64,000 nucleotides of DNA. Source: Convolutriloba macropyga (Eukaryota). The translations under genes and the position numbers were made by a program. Positions 21,588-36,000 of this stretch are shown here, piece by piece (positions within the stretch are counted from its first letter, which is position 1; each line of letters starts with the position of its first letter). Where the stretch lies: contig NC_134472.1 of the NCBI RefSeq assembly GCF_964194025.1, positions 48,422,001 through 48,486,000 on the forward strand. The letters are read 5' to 3'. The notes beneath the pieces were generated by a model. It searched no databases and had not been told where the DNA came from. It was given only the letters and a program-made list of their open reading frames with translations.

Positions 21588-22125
21588 CCCGAGTCGAAAA
21601 CAGAAGTTAATCTTGAAAAATCTTGCAAGATTCTTGCATAAAAAGTTAATCTTATAAGTTCTTACAAGACAGAGTTATTCTTGCAAGATCTTGCAAGACA
21701 GAGTTAATCTTGTAAGATTCTTGTAAGAATGTTGCAAGATTAACTTTTTTCGGAAGAATCGTGCCATTACGATAGGAAACAGCCAAAGCAAGCTAAAATG
21801 AGGAACTAATGGCATTTGAAAACACCATCCAGTAGAGAAGAAGTTCAACCCATATTAAAAAAAACATTTGAGACAGCTGCTTTTCATAAATTCAGAATTA
21901 AAATCAACAATTCTGGTCAAAATTAGATACTCCAAAAAGTTTCTCAACAAACAAAAAAACACATTTGTTTGTTCCTACACATGTGATCTCTTTGGTAAGA
22001 TTTGAAAAATGTAAAATTTAATCATTGACGTCAAAACAACGGACTCAATAGAAAGGATATTGAGGCTGGTGGTATATGGCGGTAAGCAGGAGGATTACAA
22101 GATTAACTTCTGTTTTCGACTCGGG
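21588..22125. mobile_element. MITE with 28 bp perfect TIRs and CG 2-bp TSD (CMC/EnSpm-like)
   Basis: CCCGAGTCGAAAACAGAAGTTAATCTTG ... CAAGATTAACTTCTGTTTTCGACTCGGG, flanked by CG on both sides; subterminal TCTTGCAAGA repeats. Confidence 0.88.
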
Positions 22126-22145
22126 CGGGGTCAATAAAAATTATT

Positions 22146-22802
22146 CAGGATAGGGTCCGTGACCCAGGACAAGTATTTGCCAGATCATCTAGGGTCGCGC
22201 GACAAACTCAATGGTCTAGAAAAAGTTAGTTGCCCCTTCCGTCTGCCCAAAACCCAAAATTCGGTTAGCTAGGTCTAGCCAAAACCCACATTTTGGTCTG
22301 GAGCAAGGCGAGCAGACCTAAATATGGGAATTGGCCGGAGTAAATAGGGCTAAATGTTGGAATGGCCAGCCCGTACGGCAGAACACTGCCCCGAACAAGC
22401 ATGCCCAAGGTTTGCTCGGTCTTACACGTACCCATATGTTGGTCTGTTTAGTCTGGACGAGGGTCTGGCCTACGGTATGCCTGTTCTGTTCACACTGGAC
22501 AATACCCACTTCTTGCCCTGTTTGGTCTGGCCAATGCCCTTATTTCGGTCTGTTTGATTTAGCCAATAACCACATTTTGGTCTGATTCATCTGGCGAATG
22601 GTCTGGCTTAGGATCTGTTTGATCTGCCAATGATTTGGGCAAGAGTCTGTTCAGTCTGGCCCATGTCCACCAAAATCTCTTTGGTTTGCCAAGGCTGGCC
22701 TGAGTTTGTTCTGCTTGGCCAATATCTATATTTGGATCTGGTCGGTCTGGAACCCCTAATCCGCGACCCAAGTTAGTGTCATGGGTTGCGCACCTCATCC
22801 TG
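22146..22802. mobile_element. Degenerate GC-rich MITE with imperfect CAGG.. TIRs
   Basis: About 20/26 inverted match between the ends; internal GGTCTGGCC repeats; no clear TSD. Confidence 0.5.
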
Positions 22803-25446
22803 GGAATGATCGGAAACTGGTTCAAATTTGATTGCATTATCTAACACGTTTTCATTTGTTCTGTGTTGTCCTTCACTTTCAAAGTAACCTCCAAAATTGC
22901 TTAAGTTTTGATAGCCAGGGTTGGCCTCATACTTCAAAAAGTTTTAAAATTACAACTTCCTAATACGCTTTTTATCAAGTTGTAGTCATAAAACTTAGGC
23001 ATAATGAAAGAGGACCTCAGCCTGATAAGGAAACACACGTGACTGTTTTGGGCGTTGTACTTGTGAGTCTGTAGGTAGTGTTCTTTCTGGTAACGGCTCT
23101 TATTATCATTGTCGGATTCATGCACACCTCCAATTACAGACAGAGGAAACGAAGAGAAGCAAGCGAACTTCAAGTGTCGTCTGTTACAAATATTGAATTC
23201 CCTAATCAGAGCACAAAAGAATCAAACAATTAGCACTGAAACAAACAAAACAATAAATTTCCATTCCTTGGTTACTATTGCAATATTTTGATAATTTCTC
23301 ATTAATCCTTAACTCACTCACCCGGGTCGAGGTGTCAACGCTAAAAATCGGTAAATAATGTAAGAATTACGGTGAATGCGGTGAGTGGCTGTAAGAATTG
23401 CTGTTTTTAGCGCTGAATGCGTCGAAAGCTGAGATATTAAAGCTTCCACGCTAGAAACAGCACATTTTACTTTAATTCACCGGTAAAAAAGCAATGCAAA
23501 TCTTTTTGCGGTGAATTTTGGTAAGATTTGTTGTTTTTACAGAAGAAGTTTTTATTTTCAACGCTTTGTGTTGGCAGCAGTGAATTAGTTTTTTCACCTT
23601 TCAGCGCAAAAAATTTGTCAATCTTGCAAAAAATTACAGCTAAGACCACAATTCTGAGAAAATGTCAACTCAAATGTCTTCCACAAATTGGAGCGAAATT
23701 GATTTGAAATCCAAATATTTATTATAGAATTACGTGACAGGTGGCGCAGTTGAGAAAGAAGTGGTAGACATGCATAAGGTCAGGGTTTCGAACCCGCTTT
23801 CGGGAATTTCTCTTCCAGTGAATGCAGTGAATGCGGCGAAAATACAATTTTACCGCTAAAAACCGCAAGTCTCGTAAAAATTCACCGCTAAAGACCGCAT
23901 TTTATTCAAAAATTCGTCGCTTTGAACGCTTTCATTGCTAAAAGATGCGGCCGTTTTGAGCTGAAAAAAAATTACGCGGTAAAATGAAACATTTGACCGC
24001 CACAAATTGCGTTTCGTATAAAAATTCACCGCTAAAAACCGCAAAAATTTAACGCATATTTTTTAAAAAGGAGTGAATCTGAATCAAATTCACATGAATG
24101 ATCCTGGAAGTAAGTGACAGCTGGCGCATTGGTGCATGCGGTGAAACTCAAAATGCACCAAATAGATCCGGTAAAATTATTGAAAACAATTTTACAAATA
24201 ACAGCCGGAAATCTTTCAGTGCTAAAAAAGTTCTGACATAAACTCATCTTTTTGGTCGCATTTATTGCTAAAAGCAGGAAAAATTTAGCCCTCAACTTTT
24301 CAAAGTTGAATGACCTAATTCCCATAAACCTGAAGTCAGTGCCAACCTCGGAATTCAATTCCTTTTAAACAATTTTTAAAATTTATCATTTATTCAGTAA
24401 CAGAAATTTAATGGAACTTTTTTCATCCACCTCTATCCCCAAATGCCTTTAGCATTTGTTAAGGGTTGTTCTCTGAGAGAGCTTCAAGGAGTTGAACTAC
24501 TCTTAGAATTGTTCCCTTCAGGTAGTTGACTATTTCAATTGTATCTGGTAAATGATTTCAAGTTCGAGCAATTCTTACATCTTTTTTTCGACACTGCTAG
24601 AGCACTGTTCCCATTAACTTATTTGACCTAAATTAAAAGTTTTAGCACTCCCAAAATACAAAGTTTGTGTGTTGTTAAATTTGAATAGCATAGGACGGGG
24701 TGTTTACGGAAAAGATCCTTTTGCCAACAAAACCAATAATTTCATCTTTCATTTATGGAAGCATGCTTGTACTTTAATATAATCTGCTACAAGAGTTTAG
24801 AGAAAAACGGAAAATCAAGATGCATTTATAATTGCTCTTATGTAGACCATGGTACAAAGAAATATAAGGCCATACATAACCTCTGCTGCATACTGTCGTC
24901 GAAATAAGAAAGACTGCCAAAACTAGCCTGATTGTTCAGATTAAATTAAACACCTGCGACGGTTATTTCAATTTCCTACACTTGTCCTGACTTTATTTTT
25001 TAAGGACCTTGAAGCAAAATGAAGCCATGCTTTAAAAAAATTGATATGGAAAATTGATGCTACTCTTGTACGTCCACAAAAGTTTTTCAGACTAGAAGAG
25101 GGATATTGGTACTGTGATACCTCTGCACATTTAACAGTTCCTTTATTTATTTGATGCAGTAAAATTTCATATGATGTATTTATTTAGCTCAGTTTAATTG
25201 CCCTTCATTTACATTTCACTTTTATTCATACTTTGTGTCTCAATTTATTTCATTTCATCCGTTCTTGGTTTCCCGCTTCTTGATCAGACATGTCTGATCA
25301 CACGTTCATACTTGCTTACAAGTACTTGAGTTATAGTTTCACTTTTCGTAAAAGATTTAAGCTTGGATTTTGCTCAGCGAATCAAATTTTAAAGCTGTAA
25401 GCTAACCAGCGTCGCAAGTGACTATCGAATTCTAGTAGTGTAAGAC

Positions 25447-28400
25447 ATGGCGCAGTCAGCTAACAAACGCGCACCGCTCAAGAGAGATGCATTTTGGGAC
25501 AAGCCAACACCCGACCCACCCCTTCGTTGAGAAAAATGGAGAGTACAATAGAAAATGGCACTACTCGCAAAGGAGAATATCATTTTCGACACTCTACTTG
25601 GACGAAAACCTGAAATGGTGGAACTCCCGTTGGAATCCATTTATGAACAGAAAATAGTTGGTTCATCGGCACAATCGGAGAGAGAAAAAATGCCCGCTAA
25701 AAATGAATTGGCAGAATAAGTGTCAACGATTGATTGATATCGGTTTCATGTGCGGAGACAAACCATGGCTACTCGCGGATCGTAAAACGGTCTCATTTCT
25801 CTAATTGAGCATCGGTCTGGAAGTAGTACAACGAATCCTGAACTGCAAAAACCCGCACACAAAGATCGACATATTGTCCACTGCGGAATTTTTGAAGACT
25901 GTCGAAGCTATATTCATACGAGCCCGGAATATCATATTCGACCATCATGTCTTCTTGATAACGAAACAACTTCGAGGTGAAACTGTCGAGCATTTCTGTG
26001 TTGGGCTGAAAGAATTAGCTGAAAATTGCAATTTTGAAAATAAGGAGGGAACTCTGATACGTGATGTATTCATGGCCAATTTTATTGACCATGAGATTCA
26101 AAAAGAACTCCTCAAACAAACAATAGAGCCGGGTCAGGCGCTGGAATTGGTCATTAATATGGTACTTGGTATGCGAAATCATCATAAAATTCAACATTAT
26201 AACATGACCCTCATCCCGGCCTTTGTGAATGCAATTCCATTTCCGAACAACTCACGATCATCAAATTTGTCATTATCAATCAATTTCCAAAGACAGGACG
26301 GCCAATCGTCCACCACTATATTGTTCAAACTGCGGCAGGAATTTGCTACCAAATCATCGCAAAAAATCCATCGCTAAAAGTAAAACTTGCAAAAATTGCG
26401 GTTTAATGAAACATTTCTGCCAAAGTCTGCCGAAAACAAAAATAGTTGAAACCTCAAAATCCCAAGCAAAGAACCGTGAATACAGTGTATGAAGAAGCGC
26501 ATCCTGAAGATTCGGTGAATTTCTTTCAGTCGGCGAAACTATATGAATCTGACTGCAGGAGCGGGGAGGACAGTACGGTTGCCCTCATCCAAAACGATAT
26601 TGCAAAAGTAGGACCTCTATAAATGCCCATCAAAATGGGTAACATTTCAACTACACTCTTTGTGGACTCCGGGAGCGCGTGTAGTATTCTCAAGCGGTCC
26701 ATCGCGTCGCAAGTAGTAAAAAGCAGCCCACACGCTTTCTGGACTCACGAGAATGTCAGCCCACAACTCTGGACACTCTAGTACAAACCGCTTCGCATTG
26801 AAGGAAAAGTAAAGGCACCAATTACAAGCAATGATTGGATTTCAAATTCGGTCACATTCACTGTCGTCGATGATGGCCTAAAATCGCTAATCGGTAGAGA
26901 TCTGTTTTAGCAATTAGGCCTAGCTGTAACACAATTCTCTTCATCTCAAGGTAATCACGTCAAGACCATTTCGTCATCGGCAGAATTCAAAGAACATATG
27001 GCAAAAAACTTTCCTAATGTAATCTCGCGATTGGAAGATCAAAACTCACGTGGCCAAATTTAATTTTCACAAAGATTTCCAGCCTAGACATCAAAAGGGT
27101 AGACGCATACCTATTAACCTTCAAGATAAATCCAATATTGAATTTAAAAAGTTATTAAATGAAAAACACATAATAAAACACTCTAGTTGCCCTGATAAGC
27201 ACTTTAATTCCCCCATTATAGTCACTCTAAAGATAGACCAATCAATCAGACTTGCAATGGATTCAAAATTTCCAAAAAAGCCTTTCATAAAAACAAATAT
27301 CAAATGCCTAATATTGATACGCTTATCGAGTCTATTTCTCAACAAATTAGTGCTCCCGCATCGCAAAACACAACTTATTTCTCTACATTAGACTTGAAGT
27401 ACGGGTACAGTCAATTAAACTTTGATTCCAACACAGCAAATCACTGTAACTTTAACATAGTTAGCGGCGACATGACAGGGACTTACAGATTTTAAACTGG
27501 ATTTTATGGTTCACCAGATATGCCGGCAGAATTTCAAAAAGCAATGGATTATACTCTCTTTGGTTTAAAAAATACCTATTGTTTTCTTGATGACATCTTT
27601 ATTGTAGAAAAGGGATTGGAGGAGGATTATAAGCATTGCCTTCTAAATTGTCTCAAACGGTTGGATGACAAAATTTTTAGACAAATCTTGCCAAATGCCA
27701 TTTTTCTAAATTAAAAAATGATTGGCTTGGATACCACATTTCACATTCGGGTAATTCGCCTATCGATAGTTTTTTGCTCTTGAAGCACCAAAGACATTAA
27801 AAAACACTATATTAGTAAGTTTTTTCCAATTCTAGCTCAAGTTAGCCATCCACTCCACCCTTTTTTGAAAAAGTCTGTTAATTTATCTGTAATGATGTAC
27901 ATGAAAAATTTTTTATTGAAATAAAAAACTGCATCGCCAACGCTACTGAAAATAGTCACTACAACCCGCAGCTCGAAACGCGTGTAAAATGCGACCACTC
28001 TTGCTCCGGTCTTTGAGCAGCGCCTGAACAATTAACAGTGGATGGGTGGGAACCGATTGTTTTTACATCTGGAGTTTTAAATCCGATGGAAAAACGATAT
28101 AGCGTCAATGAACGCGAACTTCTCGGGGTAGTTTGGTCTGTTGAATATTTTAAAAATTATCTGTATGGCAAACATTTAACAGTAATTACAGATCACAGAG
28201 CTCTTCTTTCCATATTGAAGGAAAATTGTTCTAATAGATGGTATAACGGTCATTTAACTCGCTGGATTGATAGACTACTTCTATTTAAATTTGACATTGA
28301 ACTTTCGTCAGGGGCATTAATGGGATTGGTGGGCTATCTTTCACGACACTCAAATCGAAAAGCTGAAAAAGTGTCTGCACATGATGAAGAAACGAAGCAC

Positions 28401-29950
28401 CCGCGCCGCAAAACCAAGTAACAAATACAAGCTGTAATTTGAACAATTTAAAATATGCATACTCCGCGTTGCAAATACCAATTAACACTTCACTCGCTAA
28501 GCGAAATGCAACTCAATGTAAACAATCCTTCCAAAAACGGAATGAAAAGCATCTCGCGAGGCGCGAAACTCTGTTCATTAAGCTTAATTTCCCTCCAATT
28601 AGGAGAAATTCCAAAAAAATATCTAAAAGTCACTACCCAAAAATAGCATCAGTGCTTTTTGCGTTAAATCACTCTCAAATTTCCTTGCATAAATCTGCTC
28701 AAGTTAATACTTCACATTTTAAACCATACTCAGATAATAATCATATCAACTCAAATAAACACAACATGCCTTCTTAAAGCAAATTTACAAGAGTCCGCTT
28801 CTTCACCGACTCCCCATTCACCGCTAACCCACATTCTACGCTTCCAAATTCATCTGGCACCGCAAATCATCCCTTAAGTTCCCCAAGCGCTACTCTCACC
28901 AATAATCCTACCCCTATTACCACTCGAACGTCCCAAGCTCTGTCATCAAATGTCAGCACTCACCTAACACCTAGCCCCCAAAACCCTACATCGTTAACAA
29001 GATTTTTAGTAAGTTGTTGATTGCATCTCTTACTAGCAAGGACGCTGTCTTAAAAGAGGTTCAAGATTGTATCCTCGCAAATAATGAAAGCAGATTAAAA
29101 ACACTTAATCCATATATCTACTCCTATTGCAGAAATCTCCACGTCCGTTCCGGCTGTGTGCATCGACGAGAAAGTTGCCATACCAAACGTCATTCGCGAA
29201 GTCCTGATCGATGATAACCACGCGAGCCAACCAGGTATTTGGGGGATGATTTGCATGGCCATGCATTGCTGGTGGCTCTACATGAATCGGAAACCTTGCA
29301 CTGCAATCCGTAAGTATCTAAAATCTGTAATTCCCGCTAAACAATTTCGACCTCATGTACCGTGCGTTGAACCGAATTAGGAAATCCAAGTTGATTTTGG
29401 AGGCCCTTTTTGACGAAAAAAGCAAGGCAGTTTATTTCTTAGCCGCAATAGATCGTATCTCTAAATACCCCACTGCATGTATATATGAGAAAGCTAATGG
29501 ATCAATTGTTTTAAGATGTTTGGTTATGTACATAGAGTTTCATGCAATTCCTCGTTCTATTCGACCTGATCAAGCAATTTGTTGGGTTGGAAATCAAGTA
29601 AAGATTTTCTGTACTAAGAATAATATTCAAATAATTGAAGCCCCTGTTAATTCTTCGTGATATTGGTTTAGTAAAAAGACTAATTTAGACGATTCAGAAT
29701 CAATTGGCAAGTATCAAAGATAAAAAAAAATTGGCTAATAACGAATTTCATGTATAGTATGCATTAAAGGTTATCATCATCAATTGCGAATCAGTGAACA
29801 GGAGACAACAAAGATCTCGCCATTCGAAGCACACTTTGGCCGAAAACTTAATACCCCGCTGAACATAATCTTCACTAAACCTAAACTGTCTAACTCTGGT
29901 ATGAGAATATTGTAAACCACTATTAAGATGAAGACATTGTCAACAAAGAT
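25447..29950 (+). pseudogene. gag-pol pseudogene of the Mag-like element
   Basis: Fragments CSNCG..H, CKNCG..KH, VDSGS, DLKYGYSQL, FLDD, YSVNERELLG, TDHRAL and AIDR, interrupted by many stops and frameshifts. Confidence 0.92.
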
Positions 29951-30404
29951 ACCGGATTTCCCCGCAATCAGAAATCAACGCAATGACAAACAGGCCGCTT
30001 CGACAAGCAAATCAATCCTTCCATCACAAACAACATCGCCATCGGCCCTACAACAAGTTGCACCAGCAGCTTTGTCGCAGGGCAAGCGTACTTTAGAGAG
30101 GAACCGCCGTAGCACCTCATACTACGGTTTTGACAACTCATCTTCGTACTCGACCATCGCAGCCCCACCAAAACGCCCACGCCGAGCTGTAGATGTTGAA
30201 AACTTCCAGCCTCCACCCGCACGGGTTGTAGAGACAGTGCAAAATATCGGTGTTCAATAACCCGAGGAAACCGACACTTCTCCAATTATCGGTGGAGTAT
30301 CGCCACCCGACCCTCGCGTACGACCATTAATTGATCAGCAGGGCCCCACGTTGGAGGACGATGTGAGATCAATGACAGTTCTTGAAGCTGAAAATCAAGA
30401 AATG

Positions 30405-30770
30405 AATGAGTGATTACTTCTAAAACATGAAACAACATAAAACCCATGAATTCAAATTTTAATATTTTTTTCAAGATAAGAAACCAGTACATATGTTGTT
30501 ATTATTTATTTAACCGGGGACCAAGTACTAATTTGTAAATATTGTTACTATTACTATCTGCGTAGAAAAATTATTCATTATACAAATGATTGAGTGATTA
30601 CTTCTAAAGCATGAAACAACATAAAACCCATGAATTCATATTTTAATTTTTTTTTTCAAGATAAGAAACCAGTACATATGTTGTTATTTTTTATTTAACC
30701 GGGGAACAAGTACTAATTTGTAAATATTGTTACTATTACTATCTGCGTAGAAAAATCATTCATTATACAA
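30405..30770 (+). repeat. Near-identical ~183 bp tandem duplication in the 3' UTR of the Mag-like element
   Basis: TGAGTGATTACTTCTAAA.CATGAAACAAC...TTCATTATACAA occurs twice. Confidence 0.92.
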
Positions 30771-31519
30771 TTTTTCTTTTGTCACAACAAGGAGTATGTG
30801 ATACATGTGTATATTTAACGATTCCTTTATCTATTTGATGCAGTAAAGTTTCATATGATGTGTTATTTAGTTCAGTTTATTTGCCCTTCATTTACATTTT
30901 ACTTTTTTTTATTCTTTGTGTCTCACGTTATTTCATTTCATTTTTTCTTGGCTTTCCGCTTCGTGATCAGACATGTCTGATCACACGTTCATACTTGCTT
31001 ACAAGTACTTGAGTTATAGTTTCACCTTTGCATTTCAATATCAGTTGCGCTTATCTCTTTGCAAACTCGCTCCACAAGTCAGCGTAAAATATTGACGCTT
31101 GGATTTTGCTCCACGAGTCAGAATTCTAAAGTAGTAAGCCAACCCGCATCGCAATTGACTATCGTTTTCTAAATTGTACGGCAGGTACTCTACCGCTTTT
31201 TTTAGGAGCTGAAATACTGGTTTTTTGCTGGTCTTTTTACTATTCGAAGATGAGTATTGGTAATCTACAGGTTTTTTACTATTCGATTGGGTCTTTATCT
31301 GTTTAATACAATCCGAGATTTGGATTATATTGGTGCTCTGTCTTTTTTAAGACTCGAACAGGAGATTTGTGCTGAGTTTTTTGAACGGTTACTTTGTTAG
31401 AGTGCTTTTAAAACAGGAAACAGGAAGTGAAATGCTTGAAAACAAAGCGATTAGGTCTAAATACTGAAGAGCAGAGAAAAGAGAGGTGTTTTCGGTTCCT
31501 GCCATCAATTTGAGAGAGA

Positions 31520-33050
31520 GCGAGAAAAAGTGTAAAAAAATTTTTGCTTAACGATCAATTTTTTTTCACTACGTGAGGCATCTCCGAAGCAGATTTTTTA
31601 AACACAATTTTATTTGGGTACATATGGTTTTAATTTGCTAGGTTGGTAAAAATATGTTCAATTTTTGAAGCAAATACTACACTTTTAGAATTAGTTTTGA
31701 AGTATTTTTCTAATCCTTTTGCCAAGTTGCCAGAATTTTTAACAGTGTTTGTTTTTCTCCTGAAATCCTACTGAAATTGGAGTGTTTTCTGTGGTTTAAA
31801 TTAGTTGCTCTAGATGTTTTGGCTGCCTGCTGACGTAATTGATTTTAATTTTGAGTTGTTTAACTTAGATGTAATGAGGTAAATTTAAACAAAACTTTGC
31901 CGGATCCTCCTAATTTTGCTTTGGACTGTTTTTCTTGTCATTTAATGATTTTGAGCTGCCATATTTTTGTTGCCCCTAAAGGATGCCACTGAACCCTAAG
32001 CACTACTATATTTTATCCGAACAACATAAAACAATCAATTCAATATTTCTCGTTTTCTTCCCGTTTTTTTGCATTTTTATTGTCTGTTTCTAGGATGTGT
32101 TTGGTAGACGAATGCTGGCGCAGAAGGAAAAATAAATGTTTTTCTTTCAAAATGACGGCCAGGAAGTATTATTTTTGGTTATTTTGTTCCAGAATTTTGG
32201 TTAAAACATACTCTGATTTGTCCTTAATTTCTTTTTGTGGTCCTTGGTATTTTACCTCTTTTAGTTGTCTCATCGCTCATTTGATGGAAGTTTGATGAAT
32301 AAGGTGTATAAGGTTTTTGGCCAGTAACTGTTTTTGTGTCCAACATGTAAAGAATTGTCCAAAGTGTTTTTCTGATATCTTTATCAGATACTTCTTCCTT
32401 GTTATTTTCCTTTGTTGTTGTTTCAAAATGATGTAAATCATTAAATATAAATTTCTTATGTCAATTAGGGGGTAAATTTTTTAACACGAGTCGTTTCCAT
32501 AATTCTTTTGGCTATGTTTGTTTGAGATATTCAAACACATTTTTCCTTAACGTACCCGGTCTTTCAAAACGAGATAAACAGGTATCGCCAAATTGACATT
32601 AAGTTTCATTAGAAGACCATAGCTGGTTTTAGTGGTCTTTTTAAAAAGATTAGAGTGGTGCAGCTGCTTAGAATGCCGCAATTCATGGTTAAAAGGTCAT
32701 TTTAAGGAGTTTTTGAGCTAAAAATGTTGCAAAATGTCGCCTTGATTTCCTCATTTTTCGTGTTGTTCGGACCATTTTCGAATCGAGGTTTGTATGAAGT
32801 TGTTGAGGTTCTTTTGAAGGACATAATTTTTTTATGACCATTTCAGAAGCTATATGTTTTGATACTGCAAACATAAACAAGAAAATTGATACTAACTTTT
32901 GCATTTTCTTGATCAATTTCTTTAAAAACTTTTTTTTTCATTTTTCGAGTTTTTTTCAGCCCCAGAGGCCAAGGGTTTGATAATATATAACTGCTTAAAT
33001 TCTAATGGTAATGGATTGCTTTTCAAAAATAGAAGTCACAAACTTTAGCA
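31520..33050 (-). pseudogene. Possible highly decayed LINE relic (endonuclease-like start)
   Basis: A-rich minus strand with an LLTMNCGIL-like segment near 32690; no intact motifs. Confidence 0.25.
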
Positions 33051-36000
33051 CATCTTTGATTTAACTTGCTTTTTTTGACGTTTTTATTTAGAAGTTCGTC
33101 ATTTAGTAAAATTATCAAGAACCAGGGCCCAGTAAACCTCCTTTAGGGTTTGCAAATAAGTTTGTGCAAAGTTGACATAGTCCACAGAGAGTTATTCAAC
33201 GTTTTATTATCACACATTTTTTGCAAATTTTTTGATGAAATCTAAAAATTTTTTTAAAATGAACTGAAAATTATCATGTCACGGCTAGATCAATTTTCGT
33301 GAGTCAATTGAAATTTTGAGCTTGAATTTGGATCATTTGATAATTTTAAGAACAATATGAAGATGTTAAAAATACGAATTTTAGCGAAATTTTAGTAAAA
33401 GGTGAATTTTTCAAAATTTTTGGAAAAATTTGTCATTTTCTGAATTTATCGCTTGTTAAGGGCTAAATTAAGTTTTGAAAGCTTGCAAATAGGTCGCTTA
33501 ACAGAGTCAAGAGTCATGCAACCAAATATACTCTGACCATATTTATGTTGTAGAATTTTCAATCTTTGAAAATTGTTTTCAATTTTTAGTCTTTTTTAAT
33601 GTTTTTCTATACTTAGTCTTTCCATCTTTAGTTGCCAATTAACTTCTTATGCGCAGATTTTTAGGAAATCAATTGTCGTCTGATCCAAATATTGAATTTT
33701 TGGATCGGATTAAAAAAAATAGCACTGAACCAAACAATTAATTTTCATTCCGTGGTATTTCATCTCGACCATTGCAATATTTTGATAATTTCTCATTAAT
33801 CCTTAATTCAATCACCCGGGTCAAGTTGTCAACGCTAAGAATTGCTAAATAATGTAAGAATGGCAAGTTTTAGCGCTGAAAGCGTCGAAAGCTGGGAAAT
33901 TAAAACTTCAGAGCTGAAACCGCACATCTTCCGTTATTTCACCGGTAAAAAAAACAATGCAAATCTTCTTGAGGTAAACTATTGTGAGATTGTTGTTTTT
34001 ACTGGAGAAGTTTTCATTATCAACGCTCTTTGTTGGCAGCGGGGAACTAGTTTTTTCACCTTTCATCGCACAAAAATTTTCACAATCTTGCAGAAAATCA
34101 ATCTTCCAGCTAAAACCTCAAAACAATTTCAACTCATATGTCTTCTATGTATTGGAACGAATTTGATTTGAATTCAAAAGAATTAATATAGACTACGTGA
34201 CAGGTGGTGAAGTTGAAGAAGAAGTGGTGGGCATGCATGAGGTCAGAGGCTTGAACCCGCGTTCGGGAGTTTCGTTTCCAGTGAATGCGTTGATTGCAGT
34301 GAAAATAACAATTTTACATCAAAAACCACAAGTTATACAAATTCACCGCTAAAAACCGCATATTTTTCAAAAATTCATCAATTTGCACGCATTAATTGCT
34401 AAAAATAGCTGCCGCTTTGAGGTGAAAAAACAATTTTGCCACTTTTCACGCAATTCTTACGTTATTTATTCGACAAAATCTCGACCCATGTTCAGCACAT
34501 CTCACGAAAATTCTCCTAAAATCCTTTTGCATTGATTTTTTGTAAGATTTACGATTTTTAGCAGCAATATTTTTATTTTGACCGTTTGTTGTTGGTAATA
34601 TATTTTTTACTGCTTACGCGGTCAAAAGAAACATTTGACAGCTAAAATTTGCATTTCTTAAAAACATTTACCGTTAAAAACCACCAAAATTTAACGCATA
34701 TATTAAAAGATGTGATTCTAATTGAAATTCACAGAAATGATCCTGGAAGTAAGTGACAGCTGGCGCAGTGGTGAATGCGGTGAAATTGCGGCGAACAAAT
34801 CCTGTGAACGCGTTGAAGAAATAAAATTTTTACAACTAACAGCTGAAAGTTTTTCAGTGTTAAAAAATTCTGAAATAAACTCATCTTTTTTGTCGCATTT
34901 ATTGCTAAAAGAAGGAAAAATATAGCCCTCAACGTTGCAACGTTGAATGGCTTAATTCCCATGAACCAGAAGTCAGTGCAAACCTCGGAATTCAATTCCT
35001 TTTAAACTAACTTTAAAATCAATCATGTAATCATGAACAGAAATTTAATGGAAACTTTTTTCATCCACCTCTATCCCCAAATGCCTTTAGCAATTATTAA
35101 GGATTGTTCTCTGAGGGAGCTTGGAGAAGTTTAACTACTCTTAGAATTAATCCCTTCAGGTAGTTGACTATTTTCAAATACAATGTTATCTGGTAAATGA
35201 TTTCAAGTTCAAGCAATTCTTAAATTATTTTTTGGACACTGCTAGAGCACTGTTCCTAATATTTTATTTGAGCGAAATTTAAAGTTAAGCACTCTCAGAA
35301 TATAAAGTTTGGGTGCTGTTAAATTTGATTTGCAATTGACGGGGTGTTAACCAAAAAGATCTTTTTGCCTACAGAATCAATAATTTCATCTTTCATTAAT
35401 AGAAGCAAGCTTGTACATTAATGCAATCTGCTACAAGAAATTAGAAAAAACGAAAAATCAAGATGCATTTAGAATTGCTCATATGTAGACCTTGGCAAAA
35501 AGAAATATAATGCCATTCATGGCTGGAGATCTGCTGCAGAATGCCGTCGAATTAAAAAAGACTGCCAAAACTAGCCCAATTGTTCAGATCAAATTAAACA
35601 CCTGCGACTGTTATTTCAGTTTCCTATACTTGTTCTGCCTTTAATTTTTAAGGACCTTAAAGCAAAATGGAGCCATGCCTTTATTGGAAATTTGATGCTA
35701 GTCTTGTTCGTTAACAAAAATAATTTATTTTTTTACACTCGAAGAGGAGTATTGGTACCCTAGCGGTTTTTACGAGCTGGAAGTAAACACTGGTTTTCTG
35801 ATGGTCTTTTCATTAGCCGAAGATGAGTATTGGTATTCTACAGGTTTGTTACGAATCGATTGGGGCTTTATCTATTTATTACAATACAAAATTTGGATTA
35901 TTTTGGTGCTCTGTCTTTTTTACGACTCGAAGACGAGTGTTGTGCTGAGTTTGTTTTTGAACCATTACTTTGTTAGAGTGAATATAAAACAGGAAGTGAA

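Larger units (their letters stand above)
25113..31183 (+). mobile_element. Complete but degenerate Mag-like Ty3/gypsy LTR retrotransposon
   Basis: LTRs 25113-25447 and 30797-31183 (TG..CA); TSD GGTAC at 25108-25112 and 31184-31188; PBS TGGCGCAGTC; purine-rich AACAAGGAG before the 3' LTR; pseudogenised gag/PR/RT/RH/IN. Confidence 0.95.

Noticed and set aside
22934-23185. Possible terminal exon on the minus strand (79 aa)
   Set aside because: An acceptor-like site is present, but there is no recognisable protein and no upstream exons were found.
23738-23810. Functional tRNA gene
   Set aside because: Only A/B-box-like motifs; no acceptor or anticodon stems.
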